A DNA stretch of 25,430 nucleotides from a virus. The stretch spans positions 1-25,430 of IMG/VR virus record IMGVR_UViG_3300005263_000012; one strand, given 5' to 3'. The notes beneath the pieces were generated by a model. The model saw nothing but the letters and a program-made list of their open reading frames with translations, was not told where the DNA came from and did not search any database. Made by a program: the position numbers and the translations under genes. Shown in pieces: positions 1-8,517 of this stretch (the stretch's first letter is position 1; every line of letters begins with the position of its first letter).

Positions 1-539
1 TAAAAGATTATTTAGATGTTGCAGTCGGAGCTAGTTCTTTTACAGCAGACCAAGTCTTTGAATTCAAATCGACAGGGCATGATATATACTCATACGGAAA
101 TCCACAGACCGCGCCTGAATATGCGTTAACATTTAGACGGAATTATGGTTTATTTTTATGGCAGCGTGGGTATAAAGGGGCTTTTCCATATGCTTGGCAG
201 CATAGCTTTTGGGACATCTGGAACGATTTCGATGACAATTATTCAGGCCAGGAGATGTATAGAGATCACTGTTTCACGTATCCCACGGCAGACAAACCCC
301 TGGATACTGTGCAGTATGAAGGATTTGCAGCCGGTATAATTGACAGAAGATATCTTGCAACTCTCCAGGATGCCGTAGCAACGGCAAAAACAGCACATAT
401 CAACACTACAACAATTGACGATTGGCTCAATGCTTTGTTACTTACAGACCTCTCAACAGTGGATCTTGATGACGTGAGAGGGCAGATGATTGATTATATA
501 ATATTACTAAAAAGTCTTTTAATAACGCTCCCGGTGTGA
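1..539 (+). CDS. 5'-truncated protein with a GH123/DUF4091-like glycoside hydrolase C-terminus, possibly virion-associated
   Basis: Frame 3 is open from base 3 (KDYLDVAVG...YSYGNPQ...RRNYGLFLWQRGYKGAFPYAWQH...) into track ORF 255..539. 'FTYPTADKPLDTVQYEGFAAGIIDRRYLATL' resembles the DUF4091 pattern YP..P..S.R.E..R.G..D..YL..L. Confidence 0.6.
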   Translation, partial: KDYLDVAVGASSFTADQVFEFKSTGHDIYSYGNPQTAPEYALTFRRNYGLFLWQRGYKGAFPYAWQHSFWDIWNDFDDNYSGQEMYRDHCFTYPTADKPLDTVQYEGFAAGIIDRRYLATLQDAVATAKTAHINTTTIDDWLNALLLTDLSTVDLDDVRGQMIDYIILLKSLLITLPV

Positions 540-543
540 TAAC

Positions 544-2040
544 ATGGTAACTTACTATGATGGAAGTGTCCCAGATGGACCAACGATGGACGCTTATTTT
601 GATACGCTACGAAATCTTACCAACACGATTTATACACCTATAGGAATAAGGATCGATACACAATCATCCAGTCAAGCAGTCCAAATCGTGGATGTTAACG
701 GAAATTCGTATACACCACCGACGGGTTTTTTTAACTCTCATCCTTTGTGGGCGGGGATGTGGGCAGCCTTCTATAACAGATCAACAGGCACGTTTTCAAC
801 TGGAAATACTAATACAGGTAGTCCTTTAGTATTCACAGGAGAAAATGGGGATGTTTTCTCAAGGGTGATGGGTGCAAACTATAGATACCGGTTTGTTGAC
901 AATAGATACCATGAGCACGTTGTAGCACCTCTTTCTCTCCAATTCCCTGGAAGTGGACCACACCCTTTCACAGTTATGAGAGGCGGAAATGTCCGGCCTT
1001 TTGTGTACCACAGTGCTTTCGAAGCCGGTTTGTTAATTGACGATACCGGAAACTATAAGCTTCAGTCAGTTTCAGGCGTTCAGCCAATGACCGGGGGAGC
1101 AATTTCAAAATTACAGTTTTCCAGCGGTGGAACTACTCAAGTACAGATAGGCGAAGTGATGACCGGTGCTACAAGCGGCGCTTATGGTACAGTAATAGGT
1201 ATTCAGAAAAGTTCTGGAACTTGGGCAGGTGGTGATGCAGCAGGCTATCTTTTCCTAAAACAGAAATCTGGAACTTTCGAGGCTGAAAATCTTAATGGAT
1301 CTGTTGCAGGCACTAACTGTGCAACGGCTGCCGGTGCGTCATCTGCCTTATCATTCACGGTTACGAATGCCGAAACTTATGCCCAAAATAAAGGATCGAA
1401 GTTTGGAGTTATAGACATCCATCTCAATGCTTACCTTAACCTTCTTCAGACCATAGAAGCTGGAACGCTTAATGTTCCATCCGTTTTCGGTATGGGTATT
1501 GTAGACCTGCCTGTCGGCACAGGCTTTGCTGGGAAGCTTACAGGATCAGATAATATTGATAGCCTTCTTGATTCTCAAGGAACTGGATATGGAGACGGTG
1601 TAGACGGACAGGTTGCAATCTCATGGAGAAACATAAGAAATCGTTATGGGCATATATATAAACACCTATTGGGTCTTAACGTGTTTACAGATAAGCCTTT
1701 CCGAGTGACTAAAAGGGATGGCACTGGCACTCTTGCTGAAATTATGGCAGATGGATCATATGAAGTAGGCGAGGGAATTGTACCTACTACCGATGGATAT
1801 ACAAAAACAGTCTGGCCCGGCGAGATAGGGGGGCCTCTTTTTATCACGAAAACAGATAATGGTTCGAGTACTGAAACGTTTGGAGATAAATGGTACGGGC
1901 CTTCAAGCGCGAATAATGCCATATTTTACGGTGGTGGGTGGCGTTCGGTGTTAGAGGCAGGTCCTTTCATGATGTCGGCTTCGAGTGCGGCAGGGGCTTC
2001 GAATTCGGCGTTAGGCACTCATTTTGTTTATTATCCATGA
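544..2040 (+). CDS. Putative tail / receptor-binding protein with a C-type-lectin (FGE-sulfatase-like) C-terminus
   Basis: 498 aa, rich in G/T/S. Ends in 'GGGWRSVLEAGPF...ASNSALGTHF', similar to the GGxW...AG.F...S..IGFR end of viral CLec-fold proteins. GTGTGA RBS overlaps the upstream stop. Confidence 0.6.
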   Translation: MVTYYDGSVPDGPTMDAYFDTLRNLTNTIYTPIGIRIDTQSSSQAVQIVDVNGNSYTPPTGFFNSHPLWAGMWAAFYNRSTGTFSTGNTNTGSPLVFTGENGDVFSRVMGANYRYRFVDNRYHEHVVAPLSLQFPGSGPHPFTVMRGGNVRPFVYHSAFEAGLLIDDTGNYKLQSVSGVQPMTGGAISKLQFSSGGTTQVQIGEVMTGATSGAYGTVIGIQKSSGTWAGGDAAGYLFLKQKSGTFEAENLNGSVAGTNCATAAGASSALSFTVTNAETYAQNKGSKFGVIDIHLNAYLNLLQTIEAGTLNVPSVFGMGIVDLPVGTGFAGKLTGSDNIDSLLDSQGTGYGDGVDGQVAISWRNIRNRYGHIYKHLLGLNVFTDKPFRVTKRDGTGTLAEIMADGSYEVGEGIVPTTDGYTKTVWPGEIGGPLFITKTDNGSSTETFGDKWYGPSSANNAIFYGGGWRSVLEAGPFMMSASSAAGASNSALGTHFVYYP

Positions 2041-2126
2041 GAAAAACAGGAGGTGAAAAACTTGGTATGTGGTGGAAAAGCTGACATACTCCCCAACGCT
2101 AAAGCAGTGGGGGTTCTAAGGTTTGG

Positions 2127-3161
2127 TTAAGACAGTGATATTGAACCATCGGCTGAACCAAGAGCCTCTTTAGGGATATCAGTGTTCCCTTCTATCGAAT
2201 CTCTTTCTCCGATAGATTGAACTATGTTGACATCTTTATTTGCTATGTTAAAAGCGGCATTGATATCAGCATGATCAACGTGTCCGCATGTCGGACACTT
2301 AAACTTTTTTCCATTCCTGTTGCCTATAAGTCCACACCTGCTACAGCTTTTGCTTGTATAACGTGGATCAATATAGACAACTCCAACCCCTTGTATTTTG
2401 GCTTTGTATTCTATAAACATTTGAAGTTGATAGAATGACCAACTATTCAAAGAGTATCTGAATGATCTTGCATGTTTGTTATTATTCCTTATTCCGGTTA
2501 AATCTTCAAGTTTAATTCCACTGTTATTCTGTACTGCAATTTCCACAATTTTTCTACTGATCTTATGGTTAAGATCTTTTACAATCCGACTTTCCCTGTC
2601 TTTTATTTGTTTTACCTTTCGGTATTTACCTTTCTTTTGTAGGGATTTCCTGATATTTTTATACTTTGTGTGGATATGCAATCCTTTCTTACCGAGTTTC
2701 CAGACTTTGCCGGTTTCAGGATTAGCAACCGTAGCTATATGCCCTGTCGTATTCCTGTCTACTCCGACATAGTTTGTAGGCTTCTGTACTTCGGTTTCAG
2801 GAATAGTTACAGAAACATAAGCAAACGTTTTCCCTAATTCTATTTGGTTAATCTTTTCAAATTCTGGAAATTGATATTCAAGAGCCAGTTTTACACATGG
2901 AATTTTGATTATGTGCTTATCAACATCTACTTTTATACCCTGATTAGGGACAGTTAATTTGATGTTCTTGACAGATTTAACCTTTTTATTCCTTGCATAT
3001 TTTCTCAAAATCTGATTAGATATCATGGATTTCAAGCCAATATGAGCAACATCTTTTGATGATAATGTCCTATATTTGATGCCAAACTCCGCTACCTTTC
3101 TTGCTTTTTGTAGTTCCTCTGAGAAATCTCTATCATGTTTAATTTTATAAGTTAGAATCAT
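2127..3161 (-). CDS. tnpB: TnpB RNA-guided nuclease (compact, 344 aa)
   Basis: RuvC motifs VGVDRN / IKLEDL / HADINAA, Zn ribbon CSRC...CPTC, and YTSKSC. Confidence 0.93.
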   Translation of the reverse strand: MILTYKIKHDRDFSEELQKARKVAEFGIKYRTLSSKDVAHIGLKSMISNQILRKYARNKKVKSVKNIKLTVPNQGIKVDVDKHIIKIPCVKLALEYQFPEFEKINQIELGKTFAYVSVTIPETEVQKPTNYVGVDRNTTGHIATVANPETGKVWKLGKKGLHIHTKYKNIRKSLQKKGKYRKVKQIKDRESRIVKDLNHKISRKIVEIAVQNNSGIKLEDLTGIRNNNKHARSFRYSLNSWSFYQLQMFIEYKAKIQGVGVVYIDPRYTSKSCSRCGLIGNRNGKKFKCPTCGHVDHADINAAFNIANKDVNIVQSIGERDSIEGNTDIPKEALGSADGSISLS

Positions 3162-3571
3162 TTGTTTTTCTGCTCCTCGATATATTTCTTCACAACATCA
3201 AGAGTTACAGAACCTACTGAGGATATGAATTTTGAAAGTGTCCATAATGTAGGAAGCTTCTTTTTTAGTTCAGGAAATTCCTCTCTTAATTGTTTTGAAG
3301 TATATCCTTTGATTTTTGATACAACTGAATAGACCCCAATTTTAGGGTCTACATCAATTAACAGGTGTACGTGATCCGGCATTACCTCCATATCAAGAAT
3401 CTCATACTGGAATTCTTCTTGCTTTTCAAGAATAAGCTCCTTTAATCTTTCAGCTATCCTACCTGTCAATACTTTTCTTCTATACTTTGGACAAAAGATT
3501 ACATGGTACTGACAGCTAAACACTAGATGTTTACTGCTTTTGTATTTTTTACTTTTATTTTGTATTTCCAT
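3158..3571 (-). CDS. tnpA: IS200-type Y1 HUH transposase
   Basis: YHVIFCPKYRR, HUH motif DHVH, KGYTS, catalytic Tyr in KKYIEEQ. ATGA overlap with tnpB. Confidence 0.96.
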   Translation of the reverse strand: MEIQNKSKKYKSSKHLVFSCQYHVIFCPKYRRKVLTGRIAERLKELILEKQEEFQYEILDMEVMPDHVHLLIDVDPKIGVYSVVSKIKGYTSKQLREEFPELKKKLPTLWTLSKFISSVGSVTLDVVKKYIEEQKNK

Positions 3572-3794
3572 TTAACCATAATAGTATATGCGTTTAACCT
3601 ATATATTAATTATGGTATATGCAAAACTAGCAGTTATTTAAAAAGGGATGGTTTGAAAAGTTGACGGCATTCATCCCAATGCTAAAGCCTTTGGGCTTTC
3701 TGCCTTCGTACCGTAAAAAACCGAAGAAATAATTAAAATGTGAAATATTTATCTTTTAAAAGTTTCATTTTTTCCTCTTTCTTTATATCAATAT

Positions 3795-4004
3795 TTAAGA
3801 CAACTCAATACTTTCAACATAATCTTTCCATGCCAAAACAACCGCGTTGTATGTCCTTTGATCTTCGACTTTTAACAAATTCTCGGGTATTTCACATTTA
3901 AAATTCATTTCTTTTTCATAGTATTTAGGGAGTAAACTGAATTCCCCGTTTACTATTTTTTTATAAAATTCTATAAAAGACCATGCTTTATCATATGCAA
4001 TCAT
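3795..4004 (-). CDS. Hypothetical protein
   Basis: 69 aa, ATGA-coupled to the upstream ORF. Confidence 0.6.
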   Translation of the reverse strand: MIAYDKAWSFIEFYKKIVNGEFSLLPKYYEKEMNFKCEIPENLLKVEDQRTYNAVVLAWKDYVESIELS

Positions 4005-4279
4005 TTGTTTCCTCGTTTCTTATTATATTTCATCAGCTTCCTATTAACCTTATTAACCCGCCTGGTAACTTTATTCACTACCGGAGCAAGTACTTTATCA
4101 GCCATCGTTAATTCTCGTTTCTTAGAGGCTGCCTGAGCTTCTAAACTAAGATCAGCTTCCTTGAGCATTTGGTTATAAACTTCAAGCTCTTTAAGATAGT
4201 CTTCATCTGTTTTTGCAGCCTCAAGTTTTTCAAGTTGACTGTTTAGAGCTTCAGTTTGTTGTTTAATTTCATTAGTCAT
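4001..4279 (-). CDS. Hypothetical coiled-coil protein
   Basis: 92 aa, helical and E/K/L-rich with a basic tail. Overlaps the methyltransferase stop. Confidence 0.65.
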   Translation of the reverse strand: MTNEIKQQTEALNSQLEKLEAAKTDEDYLKELEVYNQMLKEADLSLEAQAASKKRELTMADKVLAPVVNKVTRRVNKVNRKLMKYNKKRGNK

Positions 4280-5072
4280 AACTAATTTCCTTTTGTTTGA
4301 TTATATATATCTGCTGAAACCAATCACTCTTTGACTTAATAACCTCAAAATCTCCCTCTATAACCTCTTCGAGCTTCTTATGATTAAAACCCATATGTGT
4401 ATAATATGGCCTCCATAAATGTTCAATATCCTTAGTATCATTCAAAAAAATACACTTAAGCAAACTTGCAACAGGCAAACTAAGAATCTCTTTTTTATTC
4501 CCTAAATTAAATAAAACCTGCCCGACTGCCTGAAAAAGAAAGCTAAAACCTGTCATTTTTGGCACAGAAATAACAATGATACCGTCATCAATAAGCGCGG
4601 AAGCCTCCTTCAGAAATGTACGTTTGTCCTCATACATGGTTGTCCAATGTTTACCCACGTGTTCTAAAACTTCCATCAAGAATATAATTGAATATTTGCT
4701 TTCTCCTAACTCTTGTTTGATCTCCTTGAATGATTTATCATGATTGCAGATTATGGAAACGTTCTCAAGATGTTGATTGTACACGGCTTTCCGTGCTTGT
4801 TCTACGAATCTAGGATCATATTCTACCCCTACGACTTTATTAAAGTATTTAGATAATGACGGGATAAAGGGACCATCTGCGCAGCCAATATCTATTACAT
4901 TGGCTTTATGGAAGTATTTTGATGTCAATTTTAGGGCAATTTCAAAATGTCTGCGTTTGATTTTTGAGGTGACTCCTGGTTGCAGATAGTTGAAATGTGA
5001 GTAAGATTTCGCGCCATTGTATCCTTTTTCGGTGAATTTTATTATCGGGGGTGGGACATATAACTCATTCAG
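4272..5072 (-). CDS. Class I SAM-dependent methyltransferase, probable CTG start at 5072
   Basis: Motif I VIDIGCADG, VVGVEYD, EVLEHV, IVISVP. The frame stays open 48 codons upstream of the track start, to GGTGA-taat-CTG. Confidence 0.85.
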   Translation of the reverse strand: MNELYVPPPIIKFTEKGYNGAKSYSHFNYLQPGVTSKIKRRHFEIALKLTSKYFHKANVIDIGCADGPFIPSLSKYFNKVVGVEYDPRFVEQARKAVYNQHLENVSIICNHDKSFKEIKQELGESKYSIIFLMEVLEHVGKHWTTMYEDKRTFLKEASALIDDGIIVISVPKMTGFSFLFQAVGQVLFNLGNKKEILSLPVASLLKCIFLNDTKDIEHLWRPYYTHMGFNHKKLEEVIEGDFEVIKSKSDWFQQIYIIKQKEISYD

Positions 5073-5082
5073 ATTATCACCT

Positions 5083-5361
5083 TCATTTTATGCTTATCAA
5101 TTGTAGATACAGAATTAATAACCCTATCGACACGCCGATACAAAAGAAAGAACAAATCTTAAGAATCAATACCTCACGCTTTAACCTGTCAACCGGAGAA
5201 TGAGGAAATAGCTTACCTCTCCAAGATTCATCATATCTAATGCGTTCTTCCATCATCGGAAGTATCATATACTGATAATATGGATCATCCTGTACTTTTG
5301 CAAGTACTTCTTTTAGAGCGTTTCCTGCTTCTTCTGTGGTTATGCCTCCAAAGTTATCCAT
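5083..5361 (-). CDS. Small membrane protein with a C-terminal TM helix
   Basis: Hydrophobic C-terminus (ICSFFCIGVSIGLLILYL). GGAGG RBS. Confidence 0.65.
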   Translation of the reverse strand: MDNFGGITTEEAGNALKEVLAKVQDDPYYQYMILPMMEERIRYDESWRGKLFPHSPVDRLKREVLILKICSFFCIGVSIGLLILYLQLISIK

Positions 5362-5495
5362 TATCTTAAAATCCTCCGTATCGACGACCAGAGCTTACTG
5401 TGTACATATCCACGTGCTATCCCTTTTGCAGTTACCTTTCTTCCAAGAACTAATTTTTTAAATATGTGAATTGGTAAAAACTGTGTAAATTTCAT
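5361..5495 (-). CDS. 44-aa basic microprotein (not in track)
   Basis: MKFTQFLPIHIFKKLVLGRKVTAKGIARGYVHSKLWSSIRRILR. GAGG RBS and TAATG coupling to the next gene. Confidence 0.5.
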   Translation of the reverse strand: MKFTQFLPIHIFKKLVLGRKVTAKGIARGYVHSKLWSSIRRILR

Positions 5496-5592
5496 TGTGA
5501 AACCTCTTATCTAACTCAATCTCTTATTCCATACGCAATCACTTATTAATATATTAAATTAAATATATTACACTTCGTAAGAATTATAAGGC

Positions 5593-6474
5593 ATGAATAA
5601 CTACCAAAATCGAAATAAATCCTTTCTACATACTGTTTTTACAAATCATTCAACTGTTAAATTGTTACAAAGTTCCATCATGATTTCCCTGTCTGGAACA
5701 TTCCGAATTTATCTTGCTTCACTCTTATTAGGTTCATCGGTTTCTCTGTGTCTATGTCTTGCAGGTGGACTTATAATTTACAGTGTCTACACACTTGATA
5801 GAGCTCTCGGCTGCAAAGAAGATATTGTGAATCGTGCTGAACTTTCAAATTCCTGCAAGGATGTAGGGATTGTTGCTTCTCTGGTCACCTTCCTGATAGG
5901 TAGTTTCATTTTTTCACGATATAACATCTTATGGCTTGCGTTTTTTCCATTTATCACAGGATATCTATACAGTAAGGGGTTGCAGCTATTCGGATTTAAT
6001 CTAAGGCTCAAGGCTGGCATCGGAGTGAAGAACCTAGTAGTTGGCCTTACATGGGGTATATTTCTCGCGTTGGTGAGCCTCTCAGACATTCGATATTTAA
6101 GCTCGCCCGTTGCTGTATTTATCCTGTACGGTACAAAGACCTTCATAAATTCAATAATTGATGATTTCAAGGATATCAAAGGAGATACTCTTGCAGGAAT
6201 CAAGACCATTCCAATAAGCTTAGGAAAACAAAAAACTCGAAATGTACTTCTCGTATTACACATTATAGCTCACCTTATTATTTTCAGTATGTTTCTAAAT
6301 GGAATAATCTTATGTCCTGCAATCATCTTATTTAGTTTTCTTTTTGGGTTGGTTTGTATTCTGAGATACACAAATGAACAAAATTATATTAATAGAAAAT
6401 ATGAAATGTGTATTTTTAAGGATGGTGAATCTTTCTTTACATTGTTGTTTATATACTGTTTTAATTTTATTTAA
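5593..6474 (+). CDS. UbiA-superfamily membrane prenyltransferase
   Basis: Many TM helices. Motif 1 YTLDRALGCKEDIVNR and motif 2 DDFKDIKGDTLAGIKTIPISLG (DxxDxxGD). Confidence 0.9.
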   Translation: MNNYQNRNKSFLHTVFTNHSTVKLLQSSIMISLSGTFRIYLASLLLGSSVSLCLCLAGGLIIYSVYTLDRALGCKEDIVNRAELSNSCKDVGIVASLVTFLIGSFIFSRYNILWLAFFPFITGYLYSKGLQLFGFNLRLKAGIGVKNLVVGLTWGIFLALVSLSDIRYLSSPVAVFILYGTKTFINSIIDDFKDIKGDTLAGIKTIPISLGKQKTRNVLLVLHIIAHLIIFSMFLNGIILCPAIILFSFLFGLVCILRYTNEQNYINRKYEMCIFKDGESFFTLLFIYCFNFI

Positions 6475-7318
6475 TTTTCACTATTTCTTTTTCCATTTTA
6501 TAGTCTACGTGTTCCGTTTCCATCTCGATTTTTACAGAGATATCTTTATAATATTCAAATAGTTGATCCCCCCAAGACATAGATTCAAAATCATGCCCTT
6601 CAAGATCGTTCAGGTTATCGTAACATTGTGTATTTTTATTATATAACCCAATTGACAAGAACGGCCCGTTATCTCCACACATCGAGGAAAATGCAATTTT
6701 TATGTCATCGTCACATACATATATATGAGAATTTTTATTTTTTAGAAGTTGCTCCAATTTATCAGGATATTTATTTATGATTTCATCATATACGTCAAGT
6801 GTAACTATAATTTCAAGTTGTACCGGCTTACTTGAAATCTCAATAAACACATCAATCCAAAAGGGATTAATTACAGATGTTACACCTTTTATTCTGGATG
6901 CGCTTTTAGCAATTTTAATAAAGTCCGGGTGGGGCTCCCCTATTGTATAATTCTTTGTAACTGCGACATGGCATGATTTTAATTTCCTGATATCTAGTAA
7001 CAGCTTTTGTGGGATTACTGATAGGTCGTGGTTGTCCCAAAATTCTTTATTTGAATCTATTGCGGCAGTCGTTTCATAGAATATCTCAAGATAATGGGCT
7101 GCAATATTTCCAAGCTGAGTAAGTGTATACAGATCTCCAGCTTTCTCAATAATACCATTTAACTCTAATTTTTTAAGATGTGGTTGAATTTCAGGGGTTT
7201 TTAATCCCAAATGGTCTTTGATTTCATCTAGTTTTTTTGGGCCATTGATGAGATATAATAGTGCATCCCTCCTGATACCTGAAAATGTTAGTAAATCTAT
7301 GGTTCCATTTATTTCCAT
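6467..7318 (-). CDS. wHTH + DUF1724 (FilR1 middle-domain-like) transcriptional regulator
   Basis: N-terminal ArsR-like wHTH (SGIRRDALLYLINGPK..PHLKKL..YTLTQLG), FWDNHDLSVIP and WGDQLFEYYK, typical of Methanosarcinales DUF1724 proteins. Confidence 0.85.
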   Translation of the reverse strand: MEINGTIDLLTFSGIRRDALLYLINGPKKLDEIKDHLGLKTPEIQPHLKKLELNGIIEKAGDLYTLTQLGNIAAHYLEIFYETTAAIDSNKEFWDNHDLSVIPQKLLLDIRKLKSCHVAVTKNYTIGEPHPDFIKIAKSASRIKGVTSVINPFWIDVFIEISSKPVQLEIIVTLDVYDEIINKYPDKLEQLLKNKNSHIYVCDDDIKIAFSSMCGDNGPFLSIGLYNKNTQCYDNLNDLEGHDFESMSWGDQLFEYYKDISVKIEMETEHVDYKMEKEIVKIK

Positions 7319-7319
7319 A

Positions 7320-7454
7320 TTAAATCCCTCTCTTTTTAATCAAAATCCTTTTATTTCTCAAATACGTTATACGTTTAGGGTCCCTTTCCTCACGAAGAGC
7401 CCTATCATTTTCCAAAAGTTTAGTACGCTGGCGTTCCTGTCCGAATGTCAGCAT
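7320..7454 (-). CDS. 44-aa basic microprotein
   Basis: MLTFGQERQRTKLLENDRALREERDPKRITYLRNKRILIKKRGI. Ends 1 nt before the regulator ATG. Confidence 0.4.
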   Translation of the reverse strand: MLTFGQERQRTKLLENDRALREERDPKRITYLRNKRILIKKRGI

Positions 7455-7567
7455 TTTACTCTACCTTCTTCTTGTTGTCTTGCTTCACGTTTTGCATCAA
7501 GAATATCAAAGATCTCTCCGTTTGAGACTGTTTCTAGCAGGTGGTTGTATTCTACTTCGAGATCCAT
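7448..7567 (-). CDS. 39-aa microprotein
   Basis: MDLEVEYNHLLETVSNGEIFDILDAKREARQQEEGRVKC. ATG directly follows the upstream TAA. Confidence 0.5.
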   Translation of the reverse strand: MDLEVEYNHLLETVSNGEIFDILDAKREARQQEEGRVKC

Positions 7568-7693
7568 TTAACATTCCTTCCTGCCTCTCTTCTTCATCTC
7601 TCTTACTCTCATTGCCCTAGGCTTCTTCTTATCATACCTAATAGCAATTGCCGGATTTCCATCCACTACAACTTTGAAAGTTTTTACATCCAT
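7568..7693 (-). CDS. 41-aa basic microprotein
   Basis: MDVKTFKVVVDGNPAIAIRYDKKKPRAMRVREMKKRGRKEC. GGAG RBS. Confidence 0.5.
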   Translation of the reverse strand: MDVKTFKVVVDGNPAIAIRYDKKKPRAMRVREMKKRGRKEC

Positions 7694-7695
7694 AC

Positions 7696-7821
7696 TCAAC
7701 GCTCCATAGTTTGAAGCACTTCTTCCATTACTGGAAACACGCTAACAACATTACATGCAAAGCGCATTTCATCTTTGAGATCTCGGAGCTTTTCAGGAGT
7801 CAGATCTAGTGTTAATATCAT
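7696..7821 (-). CDS. 41-aa microprotein
   Basis: MILTLDLTPEKLRDLKDEMRFACNVVSVFPVMEEVLQTMER. ATGA overlap with 7818..8264. Confidence 0.55.
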   Translation of the reverse strand: MILTLDLTPEKLRDLKDEMRFACNVVSVFPVMEEVLQTMER

Positions 7822-8264
7822 GATTCAAGACCCCTTGAAATATGTCCGTTTATGCCATCAACACACACATTGAACAAACAATCCCGATTAGACGGTATAG
7901 AACATTCTATTTGATCCCAGTTAACAGGGGTTATTTCCTCGATTGAAATATGGCTGTAGTTTCCTTTTTTGAATACGTTCTGGAGATCTCTGTAAGAATC
8001 TTGCCGCCATGCTGAATCGTGATAACACAAGAATGAGAAACCTTCTTTTTCAGAGAAGAAGAGTTTTTGATTCAGCATACCGAGAACTAACTTATAGTTT
8101 GATCTTGCGTAATACACCAGATGGTAAAAATAATCTATTTCGTTTACATTTTTATTGTTGAGACGGAGCGTGATTGCACAGCCGTTGTATTCATTTGTTT
8201 TATAGATAAATGCCTCAGCTATGGCGTTACATGAATTTGTAATATTATAAGCATCTATTAACAT
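7818..8264 (-). CDS. Hypothetical protein
   Basis: 148 aa, GGAGG RBS, part of the coupled operon. Confidence 0.7.
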   Translation of the reverse strand: MLIDAYNITNSCNAIAEAFIYKTNEYNGCAITLRLNNKNVNEIDYFYHLVYYARSNYKLVLGMLNQKLFFSEKEGFSFLCYHDSAWRQDSYRDLQNVFKKGNYSHISIEEITPVNWDQIECSIPSNRDCLFNVCVDGINGHISRGLES

Positions 8265-8267
8265 TAT

Positions 8268-8396
8268 TCAAGCCTCCAGACTTTTCCTTTTCCCGGGATA
8301 CCAACACTTTTCAGGATATTTCACACCTATACAGCCTGTACAATCTGTGCTTGAAGCACATTCTGAAAGTGTTTCATAGATTGTTACTGTAATCAT
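8268..8396 (-). CDS. 42-aa Cys-rich microprotein
   Basis: MITVTIYETLSECASSTDCTGCIGVKYPEKCWYPGKRKSLEA, 4 Cys. ATGA overlap. Confidence 0.5.
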   Translation of the reverse strand: MITVTIYETLSECASSTDCTGCIGVKYPEKCWYPGKRKSLEA

Positions 8397-8515
8397 GCTT
8401 TCACAACCCTCAAAAAATATGCAAGATCTCTAGTATCCATAATTTCAAGCAACCTTGAAGCAGGAATACTATATTTCCTAAGTGAAGCCCGACAAAACCG
8501 TCTAATGTTAGTCAT
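8393..8515 (-). CDS. 40-aa microprotein
   Basis: MTNIRRFCRASLRKYSIPASRLLEIMDTRDLAYFLRVVKA. GGAGG RBS within the end of the HNH gene. Confidence 0.5.
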   Translation of the reverse strand: MTNIRRFCRASLRKYSIPASRLLEIMDTRDLAYFLRVVKA

Positions 8516-8517
8516 GT

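Larger units (their letters stand above)
2081..3712 (-). mobile_element. IS200/IS605-family element (tnpA + tnpB), inserted 3' of TTAC
   Basis: Minus-strand left end: TTAC|GGTACGAAGGCAG-AAAG-hairpin CCCAA..TTGGG. Right end: GAAC-hairpin CCCCA..TGGGG-AGTATG-TCAG|. The guide/cleavage pairs AAAG/TTAC and GAAC/TCAG follow IS608 rules. No target duplication. Confidence 0.92.
2062..3732 (+). pseudogene. 12-aa Lys-rich peptide gene (MVCGGKGKKPKK) interrupted by the IS
   Basis: GGAGGTGA RBS (2049-2056) and TTG at 2062. Removing 2081..3712 gives TTG GTA TGT GGT GGA AAA GGT AAA AAA CCG AAG AAA TAA. Confidence 0.55.

Noticed and set aside
145-339. 64-aa + strand ORF, and 255 as a gene start
   Set aside because: Alternative frame. 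The real gene is frame 3, open from the window edge.
1644-2772. Track ORFs 1644..1922, 2217..2438 and 2476..2772
   Set aside because: Antisense shadows of the tail protein and tnpB.
2127-3161. Compact TnpB as Cas12f
   Set aside because: It is coupled to tnpA inside complete IS ends, and there is no CRISPR array.
5547-5570. TAATATATT/AATATATTA inverted repeat as a UbiA operator
   Set aside because: Pure A/T and probably back-to-back TATA elements of divergent promoters. Too weak to call.
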